Assembly (NCBI GenBank): GCA_023213395.1
Contig: CM041465.1
Location: forward strand, 244,411,741-244,475,740
Origin: Cycas panzhihuaensis
Taxonomy: Eukaryota; Plantae; Cycadophyta
Reading direction: 5' to 3'
DNA length: 64,000 bases
The notes beneath the pieces were generated by a model. That model was not told where the DNA came from, searched no databases, and was given only the letters and a program-made list of their open reading frames with translations. Of the stretch, positions 53,027 through 64,000 are shown in pieces; position 1 is the stretch's first letter; every line of letters starts with the position of its first letter. Made by a program: the position numbers and the translations under genes.

Positions 53027-55354
53027 AAAGAAAGAATATGTGTGTGTGTGTGCATCTTGTTCTTGTGCTTCTTTGAAAGTAGAGTTTCTTCATCACTATA
53101 ATGTTTACATGTCACTATAGTTAATCTGGTTTTATGAGAAAGTTTTGATCTATACTTATAGATCCTTATTATTCTTTATTTTCTTCTTGTATACAAAAAT
53201 TTTAGCTTCTATGTCACTATTAAAAATCATTTTAGCTTGATTTATATATTGCATGCAATAAAATCTTATCAAATGGTTCTATTTTTTGTTATATTTACTT
53301 TGAAACTTCTCTTTTAATCAAGTACATCTTCCATACAAAAGAGAGATTTAAAAAAAAAAGAGGATTGAATCAACTTCAAACTCCACTTCTCCAAGTATGT
53401 ACATCCTCTTCTTTTAAAGGCTTCTCTCTCTTTCTTTAAATCTAAAATTATTATAAAGTTAGAATCAAAAGAAAGTTGAAAGAAATTATTTTTTGTCAGG
53501 AGCTTATTTCTTTCATATTTAATCTCTCTTTTTCCTTATTCTACCCACATTATTGAAAGATAAAAAAAATAAGAAGATTTTCATCTTACATATTTGTTAT
53601 TATAAATCTTTTAGTGTAAGACTATTATGATTGCATGATTGCTCATTTTGTTACCTTCATACATGCTATCAAATATACTTGAAAAGTAGAAAGAAGGACA
53701 ACAAAGATTGTAGATAAGATAATTATAAGTGCAACTCTTAAGCTTATAACTCCTTCATCACTTGTGTTATTTAGCTATTTCCTTACTTGCATACATATGG
53801 TTTAGTATTTTATGCAAATGAAAGTTACTCTTTGGTGGTTATCCATGGCTCCATCTTTTTGGTTATTATAATCCATCTGATTGTATGCATTTCCTTTTAT
53901 CATGATTCTCTATCATCTTTTAGTTCTTAAGAATCACACACAAGTGATTGAAGACTCCTTAGGAGTTGGTACGAGTGGCTTGTTCCTTTGGATTAGTTGC
54001 TCTTTGTCTCCTTTTATATTTGATGTTGACAAACAAACCTTACTATAGAGACATCAGTCCAAAGAAGATAAGGATCTTTTTGGTGACTATACTGAGGAGT
54101 TTCTTAAATTTATTATTTATATATCCTTAGCCCCACACTTTTATCTTTTAGATCTTTTATCTCTTTCTTCATAAAGATAACATCATATACATAACCTAGT
54201 AAGTCATTGAGGCTTTACTGCCTCCCTCTTAAGTATGACTATCAACATATGCATCGCTCATGAAGCTTCTTCCACTCATGAGGAGTATTCTAAGCATTAA
54301 GCCTATGAGACCTATTTATATTCCCTGAGGAACCATATCAATTATATGAGATCTTTATTGAGCAAGGTTACCCTAATGTACCTTCTTACCATGTTATAAA
54401 TTCATCTCTTCATGTTTCTTCTTCCATGAAAGAAGAAATTTGACCCACTCAAGTCCTTCATTCTCGTCTTGAAATTGTACTCACTAGAATTCATCTTCTA
54501 TACCCATTCCTAGTTACTATGATCCTTTCATTAGGATACTCATACTATGTCTACCTCTCCACATCATCAGCAATTTGACCCTCTTCTAAAAGAGTATGAA
54601 TCCATGCAAGTTGAACATTCTAATACCATTGATGTTACTCATTCACATATTTGTTCATATCCCTATAACCCTAAGCTATCTCTTATTCAACCTCTTGAAA
54701 CATGTGGTACTATATCTGTTTGTTCTTAATCTCACATTTAATCTTAGCCTTTATAAGATAAAATTCATCTCCCATCCATTTCTTTTATTCCTACTCAAGA
54801 ACATCCTATTACCCATCTTGCTTCCACTTCTTACCATTTAGGTAGAGGATCTTCATCCATCCCTAGACACCTACCCTTATTTTAGTAGACCTACTTTCTT
54901 TGTAATATACATCAATTCCTAATCAAGCCAATTCTCATACTACTTCACAATGAAATATTATGTAAACCATAAGACCCCCACCTTCTCTTTATAAAAGACC
55001 TCACCCTATAACACCTCCTTATTCTAAGTGTGATACCTAAATCCCTCATTCCCATATAACTTTTAATCAATCACAAATCACTAGGCTGGTTAATCATCCT
55101 TATTTATCCTTTATTCCTAGGCCCATTCCACAACATACTTCACCTCCTCTTCATTACAATTCTGCATTTTCTCAATATCATATTCCTTAAACTAATCCTA
55201 TCATTAATCCTTCTGTTTGGTTTAACCCTTCACACTCATTGTTTACCCATCCTTTATTTTATGATTAATAGCCCCTTGCTTCTACTTTCCCTTAACCATA
55301 TTCCTTACCTCAACATTCCTTGGCATTGAGTCTTAAGAGACCTTTTCTTGATTA

Positions 55355-58300
55355 CATGAGGTTTCCTTTTCCATAAGAGGTCCTTTTGGCATCCATGCCT
55401 TCTTTTTTTTTCTAAAATACTAAAATTTCCAAGTGAATCTTCTTAAGAACTTGCATCACATGTATAAGCTCTTATACTTCCATGTATCAACTTTCTGCCA
55501 TATAACTATATGATGATGTAGCTTTTTCTTAAATCACTTCAAGCTAATACTTTGAACTAGTTTTATCACCTTCCTTTTACCTCCATTTTCTCTTTTCAAT
55601 AATTAGTTGACTCTTTTATTAACTATTTTGATATTACAAGGCCTTTTGAGTTAAGAATTAAATCTTTACTTATGATTAAATAAATCATGATGAAATATAT
55701 CAAGACTTTATTAGGAGATTTTAAGATCAAATTCATGCTTGTCATTCTCCCTTATATTCTAGTCTCCTTCTTAACCCCTTCACCAATGATTTAAGGCCCC
55801 ATGTGCATTTGGAAGTCCTAAAGCTTGTTCCTTAGTTTTATAAAGAGGCTATTAATAGATGCTTATCCCTTGAAACTTTTGAAATTCAAGTAGGAATTAA
55901 GAAAGTTAGCAAGTCATCGCCACCTAATTAATTAACCCAAGTATGTAAATCATCTCATTTTGAGCTAACTTATAACTACTTTACCTTATCTATTAGATTA
56001 TTTGAGTCAACTATAAATACTAAGTTGCACATTAATAGTCCCCCTCCTAATCCATATATTCAAGAAGCTAAGGTCATACATCTCATTAAAGTAACGAAGC
56101 ATTAAAACCCTCCTATTCCTCTTTCAATAAAGAAAACCTAATGGTGCTCATATTACCAAATTGATAATCATGATCAAAGTCAACGTCATATTATATAAGC
56201 AATGAGCCATAAACCTCAGCCTTAAATTGATCAGACTTCTAAACCTAACCAAGATCAACTCATTCGTAAAGATCTATTACCTCACCATGAATCTAAGGAA
56301 AGTAAGGATAAGAATAAAAGTAAAACTAAGCAAGGAGAAGCTAATAAAGATGAGATTTTAGAGTCTAATCTAACTAAGAAACCAAATACCACACCTCATG
56401 CAACAAGTAAGCGAACTACTAATCAGACTCATCTACCTCCTAAAGGTGGAGAAGCTAAGGGAACTATTAATATAGTCAAGGTTGCAAAGAATTCAAGTCC
56501 AATCAAATCACATGATGATTTAACTATCAAGAATCCTGATCTGTTGCCCCTTATTCCCCATCATGCTACTTAATTCTGGTCTACTCCTTCTACTCAAAAG
56601 GATGGATCCTTCTCTTTAGTTAAGTAGTTAAAGATAACTCCTATAAGTATATGACTTATAAATTTGTTAATGTGTTACCCTAAATAAAGATAATTATTAT
56701 TTGATAATTTAGGAGTTCTTATTCATAATCCTTCACCTGGTCTTACCCTCTCCTTTGATCTAGCTACCTTGCCTAATCATCAAAAACCTATTCCTTATGA
56801 CATCTGACCTATTTACAACAAGATATCTAAATATGACATTAATATTTATTGAGTTATTATTGATGAAGACTCATTTATAAACATAATTCCTCTTAATCTT
56901 ATTAAATACTTAGAGATTTCTATTTTTAAATGATATGAATGGATTTGTCAAGGTTATGACAAGAACTAGAAAATCCCTCTTAGTCATGTTATTCTCCCTT
57001 TGACATTAGAAGGGAAGATGGTCATGGTTAACCTAACTATCATTGATTTAGACCTTGAATATTACATTCTCCTAGGTACACTATAGATTACTTAGATGTT
57101 CATCATTTGTTGTTCCCTCTTTGGTGAAATTAGGTTTATTCATAAAAGAGAGTTAAATATTTTCAAACAAAAACTAAAGCATATTAAATAATCAGTTCCT
57201 TTAGTTAAAACTACTATAAAACCTTGAGAGTATTCTAATTCTTTTGAGTATTTCTTTTAGTCTCTAGGTCTAGGATAATATTTTGCCATCGAGGCTCCTA
57301 TTATTCTTGAAATCAAAGTCAAGGGCATTAATATGATTAAGAAGATACCTTTGTAGTCAAGTTCTTCATCTTTTTCTATTAACAAAGATATTTCTAGTCT
57401 ACTTTACATCCTTTTCCAAATCTTCCTATTCCAAAAGAAGTGCTTGATGATGATATCTAAGCTTATAAAGAGTCACCTTTATCATAAGAAATTGTTACCA
57501 TCACCTCACTTGTGAATGAAGAAAACATTGCATGCATATTATATCTACATTTGATTGGAAATACATCAAATAATTCTACATCAACTACTCATTCATATAG
57601 ATGAGCAATTTTACCTCATGACTCTTTGATTGTATCTAGCAATCCTTATTTTTGTCAATATCCCTTCTTCATTACTTGGCTCAACCAACATGAGAAAATA
57701 CCCTATTTTTTTGCCTAAAAGTAAAATCCCTTCAACTTCTTCTTCATCCAAGTCAAGTCAAATATTACCTGAGGAGATCAAAGAAGTTAATATGATTTTT
57801 ATTATCTCTCTCTTCACAGAGCTCCTTTCAGAACTCATTGTTACCTCTTGTCTATATATCTCTATCTATCAATGTTCCTTCAAGTAACCAATATAGCTTT
57901 AAATGAGTGTTCACTTCAAGTTGGGCCTTTTTAAATTAAGTTACTCCCTTTATGCAAGCATCTTTAATTATTGATATTTTCCCAACTTAAGATCATTGAT
58001 CTTTTGATAGTCTTCCTCGTATAGAGTTGTCACCTTGCCTTTCAATTAAGGCTAAGAATTTTGTTCTCATGGATCTTTATCATTTAAACTATTTTGAGAA
58101 TGATGAGGTGCTTTTGGAACATCTAGTTAGATCTTCATCTAGTTTTCCTCCTGATCACCATAAGTTAGGCTTCACTAAGCAAATAAATCCTGACTCACCA
58201 TTGGCTAATTCCCATCAATATTTAGATAAAGATACATCTTTTGTAGACCCTTCCCCTCCTCATTTTGAAGAAGGAAATGCTATGCTTATTAGCAATACCA

Positions 58301-60765
58301 TTGATATTGACTTTGAGCTAGGTGATACTCCAAAGATAATCAAAGTTAGAGTCAACTGCTCCTCTGAGGAAATCCTTTAATTTAAGAATCATTTTCATGA
58401 GTTTAACTTAGTTTTTGCTTAGGATTATAGTGATATACATGGTCTTCATCTGAATATTATTGTCCATAATATCACCACTATCCTACGCATTAAGCCAAAA
58501 TGATAAAAATAAAACCTGATACATCCTCATCTGCCAACTATAATTAAATAAGAGATTGAGAAATTTTTAAAAACTGGGTTTATAGAAAGTATCAACTATT
58601 CATAATGGGTTCTCACATAGTCCCCATTACTAAAAAGAATAGATCTATCTATATGTGCATCAATTTTCATGATATCAATGAAACTTCTCTTAAAGATAAT
58701 TTTTTCCTTATATTCTTAGATTAGATTTGGGATCAAATGGTGGGATTCAAAGTTATGTCTCTTATGGATAGGTTCTTAGGATACAATCAAATTATTATCT
58801 CTCCTAAGGATTAGTATAAGACTTCTTTTACTACTCCATGGGTGACTTTTACTTATAAAGACATGATATTTGGCCTTTAAAATGTTGGATCCACATACCA
58901 ATAGGCTATGGTATTATTTTTCATGACTATATTGGTGTTATAATTATAGTCTACTTAGACAATATACTTGCTTTATCATGTCAATTATAAGATCATATTC
59001 AAGATTTATGAGATATCTTTAAGAGATGTTAGAAGTTTCATCTTTGTTTAAATCCAAACAAGTGTGTATTTACTGTGACATTAGGCAAAATATTGGGTGA
59101 TATAGTTTCACATGATGGTATCATGGTTGATCTAGATAAGATTAAAGCTATCATTGAAATGCAACCCCCTCAAACACAAAAATAAGTGAAGTCATTCCTT
59201 GGAATACTTGGTTTCCTTTAACATTTTATTTCTAATTTTAACTTAGATGCTAAACCTATTATAAACCTATTAAAGAAAGAAGTTTCTCTCAACTAGAGTC
59301 CTTTGATAAGTTGAAACAAGTGTCAGTCTCTACTCTTGTCCTTGCTCCTCTTGTATTTAAAAATCCATTCATTTTGTATATATCTTCTACTTAAGAATCT
59401 TTAGCTAGTATGTTAGCTTATAAGGATGACTTTGGTAGGGAGAAATCTATCTATTTTATAAGTAGAACATTAGTTGTAGTGGAACTTTATTACCCTCTCA
59501 CTTTATAGACTTCCCAATGAGCATATCCTCCAAGTGGAGACTATTTCTTTAGAAGATACCTAGTACAAAGAAATTAATTCCTAGTTACATAATCAAACCT
59601 TCCCTTCCTCTTCTTCTTTAAAGAGGAGAAGGAGAATATTTGTTACTTGATGGTATTCTTTATAAGCATTTGTTTAATGGAATTTTATTCAGATGTATTT
59701 CACTTAATAAATCCCATACTACTTTGGTTGAGTATCATGATGATATTTATGAAGGCCATTTTGGTGCTCAATCTATCACCTAATGCATTTTACATATGGG
59801 GTCTTATTGGCCATCATTATTTAAAGATGTTCATGCTTACATTCATAAATGTAAGAAATATCAGTCACATGCTACTTTGATTCATCAACTTGCATAAGGT
59901 TTTAAGTCTACAGTGTCCCCTTGGCCTTTTCCCCCATGGAATTTATACCTTATTAGGTAGATTTTCCCTCTATCTTTAAATGGTCATAAGTACATCATTA
60001 CTATGACTGAATACTTTACAAAGTGGAGAGGTCATTCCTTTGGTTTTAACTATAGGAAAGATAATTATTATGCTCATTTTTCAACATATTACTTATAGGT
60101 TTGGTATGTTGGATGTTATCATTATTAATATTGGAACATTATTCTATAATCCCCATGTAAAAGAATTATGTAAGAAGTTCAATATTCCTCATCAAATTTC
60201 GGCCCTATACCATAGCTAAACTAATGACCAAGTAGAAGCATTTAATAAGAAAAAGATTGTAACTACCTCACTTCATGATTAGCATATACAATTATTCCCT
60301 GGATTATAGGTATATGATACATCGATTAGGTATACCACTGGCATGACACCATTTTCTTTAGTTTATGGTGTTAAGGTTATTTTGCCTTTAGAGGCTAAAA
60401 TTCCATCTCTATATATTTCTTTGAAAGAATTCACTGACAAAGAGTTTCAAAGAGAGGCTTGTCTTTTGGAGCTTGAAAAGGTTAATGAAATATAATTAGT
60501 CACCTTACAAAATATTCTTACTTCTAAAGCTAGGGCTTAAGCTATACATGATAAGTAATTGAAGCCTCCTAGGTTTTGTGTTAGAGATAAAGTTTTGAAG
60601 TTTGAATACCTATATGAAAAACAACATAAGTTTGTACCTAAGTGGGTAGGACCATGTCTAGTCATTGAAGATTTAGAGAATGGTGCTTACTATGTTTCTA
60701 CTTTATAAGTATTAGAGCTCCAAAATCCTATTAATTCACAATTCTTATGAAGGTTTTATGCTTAG
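55355..60765 (+). pseudogene. gag-pol: Gypsy gag-pol, disrupted, with an RNase H deletion near 59490
   Basis: gag FPFP.EV at ~55365. Protease VIIDED at ~56855. RT FA.DYSDIHGL..IIVHNI at ~58415 and YLDN at 58952-58963. RNase H PFILY..SMLA at ~59385. Integrase H...EGHFG at ~59740, EYFTKW at ~60010, KFVPKWVGP at ~60630. Confidence 0.92.
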
Positions 60766-61174
60766 TGTCCACATTCTTTTCAATGAGGGTAAACTATGGT
60801 TTCAAAAGCATTATTATCTAATAAGATAAAACTAGGAATAATTTCCTTTTTCTTTACTTCTATTATCAATTGAGTTTCTTAAAGTTTCCTTATACATGAC
60901 TTGTTCTTGATGGCCATGTAAGACTATTGTCCCTTCCATAGGCATAAGCATTGGCCATAAGTTCATCATCTCTATCTTGGGTATTCTCTTGCTCCTTTTC
61001 TTAGGCTTCTCTTTTGAGCTCTGAGCTCAAGAGAGAAGTTAAGTCCCTATTTCTATCTTTAAAGTTGTAATAAGATAAAGAGCTTAAGTCATCAGCTTCA
61101 GTTAGTACATAAGCTACTTTGCTTGTTCTTTATGGTTATCTATTAACATAGAGATATGGTTGGTTTATACAGCT

Positions 61175-61293
<119 letters not shown>

Positions 61294-61861
61294 CCTTAGT
61301 ATTCTTTACTACACTCTCAAGGTTATTACTCATTATGTCATCTTTCTTTTTTCTCCTTGTGGTTTAATCTTTAAGGAGTTTGGTTGACACCTTTGATCAC
61401 CCTAGTTTCATTAAAAATGGATAGTCCTTGTTGTACTAAGAAAAGGTGCATTATGACTAAGTCAGTTATGAAATCATTTAGTTGTAAATGTTGAAAAGTT
61501 GATATATATAAAAAAAAAAAAGTGTAAAAAGTGGTTCATTTATTTTATTACCTTCTTATTATCTAGAGCAAGTTACGTGATGATTTCATCTCCACCTATA
61601 TTCATTATAGTTCAAGTTCATTTGAGTGCACTGATCAAGACCTTTATATCCAATTATGTAGATCCACTATGGCCTCAATTGTAATCAAAACCTATTTGAT
61701 ATCTTTTTTGTCTTTGTTATTAGCCTAGTCATGATCTTACCTTTTCCCCTTTATAGTCGAGACTACTTTCCTATTTATTACCTTTGATTCCTCATTGACT
61801 AATTCCCACCGCCTTCCCTCATCTATCATTTAATCTCTAAGATTTGGTTCCTATTCTTCTT

Positions 61862-62266
61862 ATGGAATTGAGTATACATACTAACAAAGGTAGTAGAGGT
61901 AACCTAGGATTATATGTTGTGACATGGGTGATTTATGATCAATCATGAAACCTATTCACTTCTGTCAATTTATTTCTACCTATGGTAACTAATAATGAAG
62001 ATGAATATATTACCGCCATAGGAACTTTGGCGAATGTGTTACATTTGTATCATGATCCTATTAGTCTTTACTCTAACTCTGAAGTTGTAATTTATTAATT
62101 AGTTGGTATATATCATATCCACTCTCCTTAGCTCTTTGCTCTTCATCATCAAGCTTCACTACCATTATATTTCTTTCCTTCAATCATTATTTAGTATATC
62201 TCATGTACCCATAATACTAAAGTTGATGCCTTAGTATCTCATATTTTGAGTAACTACCTAGGGTAA
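61862..62266 (+). pseudogene. Stand-alone archaeal-type RNase HI (aRH) ORF, 134 codons, 4 internal stops, no frameshift
   Basis: MELSIHTNKGSRGNLG (consensus .DG.SRGNPG), VTWVIYD, TNNEDEY (TNN.AEY), YSNSEVVIY*L.G.Y (DS.LV..Q..G.Y) and HNTKVDAL (N..ADAL). Confidence 0.88.
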
Positions 62267-62649
62267 TTCTTGTTTTATGCTAAGGGCATTACACTAGGAT
62301 GAGTATAAACTATCACTCTAGGATAAGTATTAACTATCATGTAATTACTAAACATAAAATTTAAAAAAAAAAATCATGGTATTTCATCATTAGTCATAGC
62401 ATAGATATGTGTTTTAATCCTACATCCTAAAGTAGGGAAGGAAAAGAAGGGGGGGGGTGTAAGGAAAGAAGTGAGGGATAATATTAGAGCTAATAATTTT
62501 ATCCATAATTTTATACCCTTTTAAAATTAGGAATGATAGTGACATATATGTGAAAAAGAAAAAGGATTACATCATCATCAAAATACATGGTCATAATCAT
62601 ATAACTTCTATGGGTATATATACATAATCATAACTACATAACCTCTCAA

Positions 62650-64000
62650 GACTAAATGTCTATGGAGCTCCTAGTCCATTCCTCATGCTCTCCCTATATA
62701 GAATCATGCTCATTCTTGTTAAGGATATTGGGAGCTACTTTATCCTCCTCCTTGATATCAACTATGTGAGTGACCATGAGATGACTCTCTCCCATCTGGC
62801 CATCATCTCCCCTACTAAATGGTCATGCTACCTGATGGGACTGCTCATCCTTTGGTGGGACCACTCATCTTCCTAAGGTGGAACCGCTCATCCTCTGCTA
62901 ATCACAACTTAGTCTCACAAAGTCTCAGTTATATCATCGTGTCCTAAAATATATCACATACTCATATAGCTGGACTAAACTACTCTATTTGATGTCCAAG
63001 TAGATCTTACTCATTGGCATGCCATACTGGAGGATCTTCTGAGGAATACACATATGGAAGTGGAATCTAACACCATCCTCATCTCATATAGTATCAATAT
63101 CTCCTCACTTGCTAAATCAATGACCTGTAATTAGTTGACTATCATAAAAGTATAATAATAAAATAAAGTTCTTTATACAAGATAATATATATACCTATTG
63201 GTTGTGCTACTACTTCCTCCATTGGCTATTGGGGAATTTCTTCCCCTCCTCCATCACCATCTGCCATAGTTCCTTAGCCCTCACTTAACATCAAGTCCAT
63301 GCTCTGCATAAAAAACCCACCACCTCCTATTGCTCCTCCCACTTTTAGAGTGACCTCTTCCTTCACCTCTGACTCCCTCTTCATTACCAACTGCTCTCCT
63401 TGCTCCTTTATCATCCTATCATGGAGCGATATTACACCTTCTTCTATCTCTCCCTCTGTCCTAAGGTATAATAAGTGGCCTACCTGAAACCACCCTCTCG
63501 CTTATATCTACTTCATCATCACTCCATGTTAGCATCCTATCATATGGATTAAGAACCAACTAGGTTCTTGTCATCCTACTTAGTAATGGGCTATGAGTGT
63601 TCCTATCCATAACTCCTTGTCTATTATAGACTCGTAAACACATATGCCATATGTTCATCCTTAGATCCATGATATTGAGCTCACCAGGTACTCCTATTAG
63701 TCTCATCAATGGCATGTGATCATATAACCAATACATTAGAATTGAACTATAAGAGAATCTTCCACGTCCTTGTCTCCTTATATGAGATAAATATAAGCTC
63801 ATACTATCTAAAATGAATTGGCCCTAATTCATCCTAGTCCCTACTTCACACTACCTGATAATGCCTATCCATCAGGTTAAGACTTTTATCAAGTTTTGTA
63901 TCCTAGTAATACGAAATATATTGGTATATATTATCACCTTTCTCAATGCTAAAATACCATCTAATGTCCTCATTACCTCCAATAAAATTCCATTAGGACT
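62650..64000 (-). pseudogene. Antisense extra ORF of the Tat-type element (plant-mobile-domain-like), possibly with a 70-nt intron
   Basis: A single frame from the window edge reads CEVGTRMN*GQFILDSMSLYLSHIRRQGRGRFSYSSILMYWLYDHMPLMR, followed by an acidic/Gly-rich tail. AG|GTATAT..TTACAG|GT at 63194->63125. Confidence 0.55.

Overview
This is AT-rich, CpG-depleted plant nuclear DNA with no intact host gene, rRNA, tRNA or CRISPR array. It is a nested set of decayed retroelements, typical of a large, heavily methylated genome (gymnosperm-like by inference only). The contents, in order, are as follows. (1) A 326-bp TRIM with a perfect target-site duplication (TSD) at 1488-1813. (2) A Tat-type Gypsy at ~3.2-11.9 kb. 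(3) A 28-bp hairpin minisatellite. (4) Non-coding LTR element A at 15808-19372. (5) An RT/RNase H remnant with no integrase, next to a tRNA-derived SINE. (6) Non-autonomous LTR element D, carrying a fossil fragment of a telomere-repeat-binding (TRB/SMH) gene, with a full Copia (C) inserted in its 3' LTR. (7) A minus-strand Copia (B) fused to a second copy of element A. (8) The youngest element, E, a gag-only Copia derivative with a 262-codon open frame of unknown origin, inserted in a microsatellite. (9) A ~130-bp fold-back hairpin. (10) A second Tat-type Gypsy with a stand-alone archaeal-type RNase H ORF downstream of integrase and an antisense, possibly spliced, extra ORF. All motif readings and identities are by eye, and boundaries marked ~ are approximate.
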